Source of the DNA: an uncultured bacterium | GTDB taxonomy: Bacteria; SAR324; XYD2-FULL-50-16 | Reading direction: 5' to 3' | DNA: 64,000 nt | NCBI GenBank assembly: GCA_965602905.1 | Contig: CBFCZY010000006.1 | Span: 103,125-167,124 of the forward strand | Shown: positions 8,398 to 18,083 of the stretch, in pieces | How positions within the stretch are numbered: the first letter of the stretch is position 1 | Layout of the letters: each line of letters begins with the position of its first letter | Notes under the pieces: generated by a model | What the model saw: only the letters and a program-made list of their open reading frames with translations | Database searches by the model: none | What the model was told of the DNA's origin: nothing | Program-made: the position numbers and the translations under genes

Positions 8398-9849
8398 TCA
8401 GTAACAGGATAGCATATGGTCAAGCTCGCATTGCGCGCGACAGATACTGGCGAATTGATACCCATCGCCATCAGGCAAGGTGGTTTCACAGATCAATAGA
8501 TGAGGTGGTTTGTGCTCTTCGATCATCCTGTCTAAGGCTACTTGTGCCTCGGCGAGGTTTGTAGAAATAACTATTTCCATGCCCCATTGATTCAAATGTC
8601 TCTCTAGACTTCGTTGAACCATAATACGTCCAACTAAAGCCAGCACCCGCCTTCCACTCAACCCGAAGTCGGTAAAAGGGAGTGCTTCTTTATGGGGGAT
8701 TTCAGAAAAGGGAATACGAAACCAAAATTTGCTTCCCTTGCCCAAATCGGATTCTAGTCCAATGGTTCCACCCATAAGTTCGACACAGTTTTTAGCGATT
8801 GCTGTGCCCAGTCCACTGCCTCCATATTTTCGGGTGGTCGAGCTATCCGCTTGAGAAAAGTCATCGAAAATATGCTCCAGTTTATCGGTTGCGATCCCGA
8901 TCCCTGTGTCCTCAACTGAAAAGTTGATCCAAATTTTGCCCTCATCTTTCTCGGGTCGGTCAACTTTTAGAAAAATCTTACCTTGCTCGGTAAATTTGCA
9001 GGCGTTACCGAGCAGGTTACTTAAGATCTGGCGGAGCTTGGTTGGATCGCCAATCAGCTGGATCGGAAGGTCAGGCGCTAAACTAGTTTGCAGCTCCAAG
9101 TTGTTCTTCTTAGCTCTGAATCCAAAACTGCTAGACATATCCTCGATCATATTTCGCAGTGAGAAGGGAATTTCCTCGGTTTCGAATTTTCCAGCCTCAA
9201 TTTTGGCTAGGTCCAAGACGTTATTGACCAGTTCAAATAAGCTATCGGCTTCTTTAGAGATAGTCTCTATCACTTCCCTAAGCTCGGGTTTTACCTCCAT
9301 TTCTTGGGCGATTTCAGCCATCCCAATAATGCCATTTAGGGGTGTACGGATCTCATGAGACATATTGGCCAAAAAATCACTTTTGATCTGGTTAGCCATT
9401 TTGGCTTGTTCCCAAGCGGCCAACATCTCTTCAAGATACTGTTGGCGAGTATCCTCCAGTTTCCTTTGTTCTGTAATATCTCGCAGAAGCCCGACCGTGG
9501 CGACCTTGCCGTTAAACTGTGAAGTTCTCGTATTGACCTGAATTTGACGTAACCGCCCGTCCTTGGTTTGCAAACGAATTTCATAACGATTGGGATCGCT
9601 TTCACTGGGTTGCTGCTGATACCCTTTGGCAAGGATTTCCTGGTCTTCAGGAACAATCAAGTCTCGAAAAGCTTTCCCTATAAATTGCTCATGGTCACCG
9701 GGCAAGTCGTATCCAGCGATATGGAGCATCGCTGGGTTGGCCATAATGATGGTTTCGTCTTGGATCGCGATGACTCCTTCGCTGACATTCTCAAGTAAAT
9801 TGCGGTAATTCTCTTCAGATGCTTTCAAGTCACGGGTTTTCTCCACCAC
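8398..9849 (-). CDS. Sensor histidine kinase (PAS, HisKA, HATPase_c, and the start of a degenerate receiver), interrupted by a frameshift.
   Basis: An N-terminal PAS domain is followed by SHEIRTPLNGIIGMAE (the H-box) and DTGIGI...GGSGLGTAI (the G-boxes). The C-terminal ...HLLICETTLPDGDGYQF... breaks off mid-receiver at 8398. The rest of that receiver is readable in the -1 frame. Confidence 0.85.
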   Translation of the reverse strand: MVEKTRDLKASEENYRNLLENVSEGVIAIQDETIIMANPAMLHIAGYDLPGDHEQFIGKAFRDLIVPEDQEILAKGYQQQPSESDPNRYEIRLQTKDGRLRQIQVNTRTSQFNGKVATVGLLRDITEQRKLEDTRQQYLEEMLAAWEQAKMANQIKSDFLANMSHEIRTPLNGIIGMAEIAQEMEVKPELREVIETISKEADSLFELVNNVLDLAKIEAGKFETEEIPFSLRNMIEDMSSSFGFRAKKNNLELQTSLAPDLPIQLIGDPTKLRQILSNLLGNACKFTEQGKIFLKVDRPEKDEGKIWINFSVEDTGIGIATDKLEHIFDDFSQADSSTTRKYGGSGLGTAIAKNCVELMGGTIGLESDLGKGSKFWFRIPFSEIPHKEALPFTDFGLSGRRVLALVGRIMVQRSLERHLNQWGMEIVISTNLAEAQVALDRMIEEHKPPHLLICETTLPDGDGYQFASICRAQCELDHMLSCY

Positions 9850-9885
9850 TTTGGATTCTAAGAGTTCTTGGTATGCCTTGAGATC

Positions 9886-11427
9886 CTAGGCAGATTGGTC
9901 TTTTTCAAACAGTAAGTCTCGCACTTCCTCTCGTATCAAATCGATCGAAGCGAAGACCTCCTCAAACTCTTGATCTTGTTTTTGGGGAAGAGTGAGTAGC
10001 GAAGTGGTTTCATCAACATCCCAGTTGATAGTGCCTAAGCGTTGAAGCAGGGTTGTGACCAAGGGATTGTCTTCAGGTATCTGTCGGCCTTTTTGGCGAT
10101 TCTCTTCGGCTCGTTGCAGGGCCTCGTCGAAGTCGCGGGCTACGTAAGCTGCGAAGGGAACCAGGGGACGTGCTAAATTGATCGCTGTGCGTAAAAAAGA
10201 GTCTACTCCAAAAAGCAAATAAAATTCAAAAGGGTAATCCTTGTTCCAGTCGAGCAGCTGTTGTTTGTATAGTTGTCGGGCCTTGGCGCTACTACCGGAA
10301 AGTTCCCTAACCCCGCCAATAATATAATAGGGTTTTCCCGCCAGCCCAGTCTCTTTGAAGATCTTGCGCTGTGCATTAAAGAGAGACTCGACCACATTGG
10401 CATCAAGGTAGCCCTTAGAATCGGCATAAAAGATATCTTCCCCCAATCGCTCATAGCGAACTTCAAAGTCTCTTCCGCTGAATTTCCAATGGTCTTTTGA
10501 GACACGATTCAGGAGTTCAATCCCCGAGTCTTGCAGGGCCAAAATATTGTCAGATGAAGCAAAAGCTGCCTCAGGTCTCGAAAAGCCGTAAGTCCTGTGG
10601 TGGTGTTTCCCTAATCCTCGTCCCCAGGCAAGTAAACTGCGATTGACGGGGCCGCAAGGGAAAACCAATACGCCGCGGGTCCGCCAAGGCCGACCAGCGT
10701 TTTTTCGCAGGTCCGTTGCTGTGAGGTCACTTTGGCTAAGATCCCAAAGCTCTTGGAAGGGCCCTTCGGCACGGTCTTCTAGGTGGGAGGCAATTTTCTC
10801 GATTACTTCGGTGATACCCATTCCAATCTGGGGAGTAATTTTCAGTTTTCTCTCTGGAAGAACTTGGAGAATCAACCCCTTAGGCTCATCTCCAAGATGG
10901 ACAGGCTCGCTTCCAGCGAGGGATAGGCCTTCTTCACTGAAGACAATCCCTTTGGTTTTGAGCAATTCCAAGGCTTTTTCAATAGCCTGTTTGTAATCGG
11001 CAACTACCAGAATAGGAAAGGGGAAATTGAGCACGGACCTAGTGAGTTTAGCGGCCGTTTTCAAGCTCCAATTACTGCCGAACATAACCCATCCGATCAA
11101 ACCTGGAACATCACGCAAAGCTTTTGCATAGTATTTGCGGGCCTCGATAGAGATGCCCGTCATCTTAGAATTATCGACCAACAGAACAAGGGGCTGGCCT
11201 TCTCCGATTTGTTCGGTCACGATTTTTTTGAGCAGTTCCAGCGAATCCACCAAATCCCCCAATTGAGCCCGACCTTGGGGAAGGGAGAGAAGAATCGCCG
11301 AGCCTAACAGGCTCATTTCGGTTTGGTAGGACTCCGAGCAGCCTAGCTTCTTCCATTCAGGAAATTGAAGGCTTTCCAGGCCCGAAACGGGGCAATGCGA
11401 AACATTAGGTGAATCTTCTTTGTTCAT
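9886..11427 (-). CDS. Hypothetical protein with two internally repeated STAS-like (anti-sigma-antagonist-like) modules. It is the first gene of the kinase/receiver operon.
   Basis: An internal duplication is visible. The first copy is ...GQPLVLLVDNSKMTGISIEARKYYAKAL...GWVMFGSN...ILVVADYKQAIEKALELL. The second is ...GKPYYIIGGVRELSGSSAKARQLYKQQL...FYLLFGVD...FAAYVARDFDEALQRAEE. The STAS assignment is a pattern-level inference. Confidence 0.35.
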   Translation of the reverse strand: MNKEDSPNVSHCPVSGLESLQFPEWKKLGCSESYQTEMSLLGSAILLSLPQGRAQLGDLVDSLELLKKIVTEQIGEGQPLVLLVDNSKMTGISIEARKYYAKALRDVPGLIGWVMFGSNWSLKTAAKLTRSVLNFPFPILVVADYKQAIEKALELLKTKGIVFSEEGLSLAGSEPVHLGDEPKGLILQVLPERKLKITPQIGMGITEVIEKIASHLEDRAEGPFQELWDLSQSDLTATDLRKNAGRPWRTRGVLVFPCGPVNRSLLAWGRGLGKHHHRTYGFSRPEAAFASSDNILALQDSGIELLNRVSKDHWKFSGRDFEVRYERLGEDIFYADSKGYLDANVVESLFNAQRKIFKETGLAGKPYYIIGGVRELSGSSAKARQLYKQQLLDWNKDYPFEFYLLFGVDSFLRTAINLARPLVPFAAYVARDFDEALQRAEENRQKGRQIPEDNPLVTTLLQRLGTINWDVDETTSLLTLPQKQDQEFEEVFASIDLIREEVRDLLFEKDQSA

Positions 11428-12061
11428 TGGTTCCTTGATGACGCTACAGTATAGGTGGTTTTTCCCTCTAAGAAAAGAGATATTGGAGTGACTGGCCTTA
11501 ATGTTCCTTGTCAGGCATGATTTTGCCTCGTTTTACCTGGGTAACTGGATATCAAAATTTTATCCTTATTAGATAGTCGGCCCGATAATGTAAGTAATAG
11601 TGTTATGCTCTGGTATTTACTATCTTTCACAAAAGTGTGCGTCAGCCGAAAAGCTGTAACAACAAAATGAAACCCTTTGTTGTAGTTTGCGTCACAAAGA
11701 TTGCAAAAGGGGTTTAATTATGCTCTGTTAACAGGAAAATATGAGTTAAAATCAACATTTAGGGCTTAAATTAAAGGTAAATGCCTATTACATAAACAAA
11801 GAGAAGCCGTTACTAAGTAGCTTTTCTAGCATCAAAGATCTGTTCATTTCTGAATCTAAATTAGGTAACAACATCGAGTTACCTTTATTTAGTGGGATGG
11901 AATCCCCTGATTAAAGACGATTGATCCATGTTTTAAGATACGACAAATTTGCTTAGCAACAAGGAACTGAGCCAAATGCGACTGCCCATGGCAGAATTTT
12001 TATAAATCCTTTGAAATAATAATTTAGGAGCGGCATTTGAAATTTCTATTAAATCTAACCA

Positions 12062-14105
12062 TTGGTAAACAACTGGCGGTCAGTTTTTTTACTTTTGACC
12101 ACAGTTATTTTGGTCATGGCAGTGGTCAATATTCAAAAAATCAACTCCATTAAAGCGACCAATGACCTGATTACAGATCTACGTGTCCCAACCGCCGAAG
12201 CAAGCAACCAGATTTTAGGCGGTATCAACCGTGCCTTGTCTGGCCTTAGAGGTTGGATGATTTTAGGAAAGGATAAATTTTAAAATAGAAAGGGCTGCCG
12301 CTTGGACCGAAGATATCCACGCACCCTTGGCAAAAATAGAAAAACTAGCTGCAAACTGGACGAACCCAGAAAATATAGCTCGTTTGGCCGAAATTAAAGC
12401 TTTGCTTGGAGACTTTGAAAGATACCAAAAAGAAATCGAAGACATTGCCCAAAAGCTGGATAACATACCAGCCCAAAAAATTCTATTTGATCAGGCTGCG
12501 CCTCAAGCCTCTATCATGGCAAACAGGATCACTCGGATCATTGACCTAGAAGCGAAACAAAAACCATCAGCAAAAAGAAGGAGACTTTTATTGATGATGG
12601 CCGATGTCAGGAGTAGCCTAGGTCTTTCCTTAGCTAACATTAGAGCTTTCATCCTCTCTGGAGAACCTAGATTCCAAAAAAACTTTGATAAGCTTTGGGC
12701 TAAAAACACTAGGCGTTTTAAAGATCTAAACTCAAATCGTAGTTTACTTACCACTGCTCAAAAACAAGCCTTTGATGATTTTAAAAAGGCCAGAGAAATT
12801 TTTGCACCCTTACCAGCTAAAATGCTTAGCAGTAGGGGCTCTGAACAATGGAATCTAGCCAATCATTGGTTGGGCTCAAAAGCGGCACCAACAGGTGCAA
12901 AGTTGAAAACCTTGCTGACGGCTATGACCAAAAATCAAAAGGTTCTAAGAGACAATGATATTGAGTTTTTCCGCCAAGAAATTAGGGCCTTGATTGCTAT
13001 TGAGTGGACTCTTTTGGTTATTGCTATTTTGATTGCAAGTCTGTGCGGTGTCTACCTGTCTAAATCCATTACTAGTTTGTTGATTCACTTAATTCGTAAC
13101 CTAAAAGAATCCTCTACCCAAGTTTCCGCAGCCTCTGGTGCCACCGAGCAAGCGGCATCTTTAGAGGAAACCTCAGCGACGATGGAGCAGGTAGCCTCTC
13201 AAGCCAAGGGGAATGCCGATCTGGCCTCTCAGGCTACAAACTCTATGAAAGAGTTAGTGGCTATGATTCGAGATTCGGCCCTAGACAGTCAGGAAGCTTC
13301 AAATATAACGGGGCAAACTCGTGATTCGGCAGAAAAGGGAGTGGAGTCCATGGGTGCAATTTTAACCAGTATGACTGGAATTCACCAAGCAAGTGCTAAG
13401 ATTGCCGATATCATCCAACTCATAAATGAAATCACCCACCAAACTAAAATGCTTTCTACCAATGCTGCTATTGAGGCTGCCCGTGCAGGAGAACAGGGAA
13501 AGGGTTTTGCTGTAGTTGCCGATGAAGTTTCTAAACTCGCTGAAAACTCTAGATCAGCGGCCAAAGAGATTAGCGCCTTGGTAAAAGGGAGTGTTTCCCA
13601 AGCTCAGGTTGGTAACGAGTTGGCCTTAAAAGGTCAGGCTGTTTTAAATGAAATCTTTGAAAATAGTAAATCGGCAGCAGTTTTTGTTGAAAAAGTTGTG
13701 GCCTCCTCTTCTGCTCAAACCAGAAAAATTGAAGACATTGAAGAGAAAATTGAAGTTGTTGGGGCTGCCTCTAATGAGCAATCTGTCGGTTTAAATGAAA
13801 TCAATCAGGCAATTGCACAAATGGATGAGGTAACCCAGTCTAATGCTGCAAGCTCTGAAGAAACCTCCGCCGCCGCAGAAGAGCTTTCTGCACAGGCTGA
13901 AATGCTAAAGGATCATATTACCGAAGTTGCTGTGCATGTTGGGGTAGACCTCACTTTAGGTGATAGGTCAAAGAAAGATCATGCAAGGACCATTTCTGAA
14001 ACACCAATTTTTAAAATTACCCCAGAATCGCACCATGGTTCAAAGGATCAACATATGTCACCTTCCCAACAAATTCCTTTAAAGGAAGAATTTAACGACT
14101 TTTAA
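12062..14105 (+). CDS. Methyl-accepting chemotaxis protein with a 4HB-type sensor, split into 12062-12283 and 12327-14105 by a +1 frameshift in a TTTT run (12278-12281). Pseudogene or sequencing error. It ends in the pentapeptide EFNDF.
   Basis: The first frame ends ...NRALSGLRGWMILGKDKF*. The 0 frame across the same bases reads FKIERAAAWTEDIHAPLAKIEKLAANW..., which continues the 4HB sensor. Downstream are a TM helix, a HAMP domain and the MCP signalling core [35 protein letters not shown]. Confidence 0.8.
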
Positions 14106-14621
14106 AAGCTAGGAATATTCTAGACCGTTTCATTTAAGTATATTTGAAAAGGTCTATACTCCCGTTCATATAAATTCCTAAGCTGACAGTGATTGCAATA
14201 CTTAAAGTCTCCTACTGCCCAATAGGTAGTTCGGTACCCAGTCAAACCTTTTGGGACACATTGGCTTAGAAATTAAGAGAGACTTTGCTTTATGTCAGTA
14301 GGCATTTGACCCCATGATCTTGCCTAGTCCCTGGAGTAGGCCGTTCTCTGTGCCCCCCCTCTCCCAAGACTAGCTCATTACAAATGTGCCCAAGTAGCAC
14401 ATTCATCCTTTGCAGCCCTACCGACTTAGAAGCCTTTTTATTCAATTTTCCAAAGTATAGTTTTAATTCCTCTTTTAAAATAGTGAATTACAAACATGAA
14501 TTAAAGTTCATCTTTAGAACATTGATTCTATATGAATATTTGAATATTCTTATTCTCGTTGATAGGGAAACTATCAAATCTACTTCTAATTTTAACAGAA
14601 ATTATACCAAGGACACACTAG

Positions 14622-17168
14622 ATGCAAAAACTTTTAACGGAATTCGCTATTAGGCGACCAAAATTGATCATGATCTTAGGATTATTGATTACGATTGGCT
14701 TTCTCCTGCCTTTTCCGAGCTTAAAAACGGATACTGATCCTATTAAAATGCTGCCTGCCAGCAACCCCGCAATTACGCTATATAAAGAAGTTAAACGTGA
14801 TTTTGACATCAATGATCTAGTTGTAATCGGGATCAAAAGCAAAGATGGCAGTAGCCTTTTTACGCAAGATGCCTTGACTAAGGTCCACAATATCACAAAA
14901 GAAATTTTAGAAATTCGTGAGCCTGAAGTAACTGAAACGACCTTTTCAAAGATCTTTGAGAAAATGCAGTTTTTGAAGGAAAAATCAACTTCAACAACCA
15001 ATGAAATCTTTATCCAAAGAGATGTAATCGCATTGAGCGTCATTGATGATATCATTAAGAATGAGGCAGGTGAGCTTGCCTTAGCCCCCTTGATGGCAAG
15101 TGTACCTACAACGGACGCGGCAGCCGCTGCAATCTTAGAAAAAGTAAATGGTAACCCCATATTTTCAGGGAAAATTGCAGCCTTAGACGGTAGTCTAGTG
15201 GGGATCTTTTTACCCCTTCAACCAGGGAAAAAAGACCGAGCTTACTACCTAGGTGAAGAAATGAAACGCATTGCGGAAAAACATCTTGGCGAAGGCGAGA
15301 CTTACCACTTGGCAGGTTTACCCATTGCTGAAAACACATTTGGTAACGAGATGTTTATCCAGATGGGGGTTTATGCTCCTGCTGCGGGCCTAGTGATCTT
15401 TTTGCTTATGCTCTATTTTTTCCGTAGTGTGAAGCTGGTTGCAGCTCCAATGTTGCTCGGTATGATGGTTGTAATTTGGTCTATGGGTGCTTTGATTTAC
15501 TCAGGTAACTCCATCCATATTATGTCCAGTATGATTCCTATCTTTTTACTGCCCATTGCTGTGCTGAACTCCATTCATATTTTAAGTCGCTTACATGATA
15601 ATCTAGCGAACCATGAAAAAAGAGAAGATGCCATTCGTCACGTAATGAAGCAGTTATTTAACCCCATGCTTTACACAAGTATAACCACGATCGTCGGTTT
15701 TGTATCCTTGGCTACCACTGGTATCCCACCAGTAGTTGTCTTTGGTGTAACCGTTGGGTTTGGTGTTTTTTTAAGCTGGTTGCTTTCTATGATTTTTATC
15801 CCAGCCTATTTCAGTTTACTCTCTGAAAAAGCCTTGGAAAACTTCGGCAAATCAGATGAAGATAAAAAGACTTATATCATGGAAATGGTGCAGATGTTTA
15901 AAGGCATCGCTAACCAAGCGCCTCACGTTGTAATCATCGCAGCGATTGTTACTATAGGTATTTCCAGTTGGGGACTTACAAAAATTATCATCAACGATAA
16001 TCCCGTTCGCTGGTTTAAACAAGACCACTTTTTACGTACCGCAGATACGGTAATGAACAACAAATTAGCTGGTACCTACCTCGCAAACCTTGTGTTTACT
16101 GCCCCTCAAATTGAGGAAGTTGAAGTAGCTGGTGGCGATGATTTTGATGAGTTTGGTGAGGCAGATGCTGCACCATTACCATCGATCAAAGATCCTGCAG
16201 TAATCGCTTACATGGAAAAAATTTCCCACTTCCTAGCTAAGGTACAAACAGATGATGGGCAGCACATTGTAGGTGGTGTCGTTTCATTGGTAGATATCTT
16301 AAGGAAAATTGGGCAAGTAGCCTATGACGATCCAAGTTTGCCTACTAGCCGTGACCAGATTGCACAGTACATGTTTTTATTTGAATCCGGTGATAGAAAC
16401 CGTGGTAAAGATATGTGGAAATTCATCACCCCTGGAAATGGCGACAAAGGCCAAATGTGGGTTTTGTTTAAATCAGGTGATAACCAAACCACCATTCGTG
16501 TGATTGAGGAACTAGATAAGTTTATGATACAAAATCCACCTCCATTTTTCACCTTAGCAAACGGCGAAAAGTCGCAATTGCTAGTGCAATGGTCTGGCTT
16601 AACCTACATCAATAAGGTTTGGCAGGATGAAATGGTAGAAGGGATGATGTGGGCCTTGGCTGGTTCATTTGGAATCGTCTTTTTAATGATGGTTGCTCTG
16701 TTCCGCTCTATCGCTTGGGGATTTATTTCCATGCTACCTCTGACTCTAACCATCATGATGATCTACGGTGGAATTGGCTTTACTGGTAAGTTTTACGATA
16801 TGCCTATCGCAGTTTTGAGTTCTTTAACTCTGGGCTTAAGTGTCGATTTTGCAATTCACTTTATTGAATCTGTGAAAGACCTCCATAAAAAGACAGGTGA
16901 TGGACTTGAGACATTCTACGCTATTTTCCAAGGTACGGCGCAAGCGATCTGGAGAAATGTACTGGTTATTTCTATTGGCTTTACACCTTTATTCTTCTCA
17001 GGCCTTGTACCTTACATGACTGTGGGAACCTTCTTCTTTGCTATCATGCTTGTTAGTGGAGTGAGTACTTTAATTTTACTTCCAGCTATTGTGAAGATAT
17101 TTCATTCCAAGCTACCAGGTTTACAACCTGCGGCTACACTTACAGGTGATTCAAAAAAAGTCGCTTAA
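14622..17168 (+). CDS. RND-superfamily exporter of the MMPL/SSD type (COG1033-like).
   Basis: 848 aa with two clusters of about 6 TM helices, each preceded by a large periplasmic loop. Glycine-rich SSD-like TM motifs are present. Confidence 0.75.
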   Translation: MQKLLTEFAIRRPKLIMILGLLITIGFLLPFPSLKTDTDPIKMLPASNPAITLYKEVKRDFDINDLVVIGIKSKDGSSLFTQDALTKVHNITKEILEIREPEVTETTFSKIFEKMQFLKEKSTSTTNEIFIQRDVIALSVIDDIIKNEAGELALAPLMASVPTTDAAAAAILEKVNGNPIFSGKIAALDGSLVGIFLPLQPGKKDRAYYLGEEMKRIAEKHLGEGETYHLAGLPIAENTFGNEMFIQMGVYAPAAGLVIFLLMLYFFRSVKLVAAPMLLGMMVVIWSMGALIYSGNSIHIMSSMIPIFLLPIAVLNSIHILSRLHDNLANHEKREDAIRHVMKQLFNPMLYTSITTIVGFVSLATTGIPPVVVFGVTVGFGVFLSWLLSMIFIPAYFSLLSEKALENFGKSDEDKKTYIMEMVQMFKGIANQAPHVVIIAAIVTIGISSWGLTKIIINDNPVRWFKQDHFLRTADTVMNNKLAGTYLANLVFTAPQIEEVEVAGGDDFDEFGEADAAPLPSIKDPAVIAYMEKISHFLAKVQTDDGQHIVGGVVSLVDILRKIGQVAYDDPSLPTSRDQIAQYMFLFESGDRNRGKDMWKFITPGNGDKGQMWVLFKSGDNQTTIRVIEELDKFMIQNPPPFFTLANGEKSQLLVQWSGLTYINKVWQDEMVEGMMWALAGSFGIVFLMMVALFRSIAWGFISMLPLTLTIMMIYGGIGFTGKFYDMPIAVLSSLTLGLSVDFAIHFIESVKDLHKKTGDGLETFYAIFQGTAQAIWRNVLVISIGFTPLFFSGLVPYMTVGTFFFAIMLVSGVSTLILLPAIVKIFHSKLPGLQPAATLTGDSKKVA

Positions 17169-17240
17169 ACATCTAAAACAATTAATAAAATAGGGCTGGG
17201 AGAATAATCTTCCAGCCTTTACCAAAATCTAAAGGACACA

Positions 17241-18041
17241 ATGAATAAAATTCTATTACTGCTTTTAGCCGCTATGACTTTACCTCTGTCAGCAGCTTAC
17301 GCCCTAACAGGAAGTGAAATCGCAAAAAATGCCAGCTTGGCATCTTACTACGCTGGTGATGATGGTTCAGCGCAAATGCTAATGAAAGTTTACGGAAAAA
17401 ATAGCAAAAAACCGATCAAAAAGATGTTTACCATGTTAAAGAAGGATGTAAAAGAAGGGGGAGAACAACTGTTCTTTACCTATTTTACACAACCATCCGA
17501 TATCAAGCACACTACCTTTTTAGTAAAAAAGAATATCAATAGTGATGATTATAGACGCCTGTATATGCCAGCATCTGATAAGGTCTTAGCTATTTCTGGG
17601 TCAAGAAAACAAGATCCATTTATGGGCTCTGATTTCAGTTATGAAGATGTATCTGGTCGCCATTACAGCAAAGACAACCATAAGCTTTTATCTACAGAAA
17701 CCTATAAGGGTAAAAAAACTCATATCTTGGTCTCTACTCCTAAGACCAAAGAAGATGCCATTGCCTCTATCAAGTCATGGATTGATGCTAAGACTTCTAT
17801 CCCTCAAAAAGTTGAATTTTCCAATCACGAGGGACAAGTATTTAAGGTCTTTACCTCTGCTGGCGTAAAAACAATCGCTGGAATCCCAACAATCATGAAG
17901 CAAATTATGACTTCGCCTTTAGATGGAACCAGAACTGAGATCTTGGTTAATCCTAAAAAAGTTCGTTATAATATTGGTCTTCCTGAGAGTTTATTTTCAG
18001 AGAGAAGTCTAAGAAAACCACCAATGAAATATTTGAAGTAA
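17241..18041 (+). CDS. LolA-like outer-membrane lipoprotein-sorting family protein, a typical partner of COG1033 exporters.
   Basis: Signal peptide, then ...MLMKVYGKNSKKP...QLFFTYFTQPSDIKHTTFLVKK...RRLYMPASDKV...GSDFSYEDV, which is a LolA_like pattern. It lies directly downstream of the exporter. Confidence 0.55.
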   Translation: MNKILLLLLAAMTLPLSAAYALTGSEIAKNASLASYYAGDDGSAQMLMKVYGKNSKKPIKKMFTMLKKDVKEGGEQLFFTYFTQPSDIKHTTFLVKKNINSDDYRRLYMPASDKVLAISGSRKQDPFMGSDFSYEDVSGRHYSKDNHKLLSTETYKGKKTHILVSTPKTKEDAIASIKSWIDAKTSIPQKVEFSNHEGQVFKVFTSAGVKTIAGIPTIMKQIMTSPLDGTRTEILVNPKKVRYNIGLPESLFSERSLRKPPMKYLK

Positions 18042-18083
18042 TTCAGCGCCCGCCTAGATAGGCGGGAAACCCTAGGTAAACAT

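Noticed and set aside
14384-15160. ORFs 14384-14653 (+) and 14618-15160 (-) near the RND exporter start
   Set aside because: One lies in the AT-rich intergenic region and the other is antisense to a confident 848-aa gene. Neither has domain content, and both are judged spurious.
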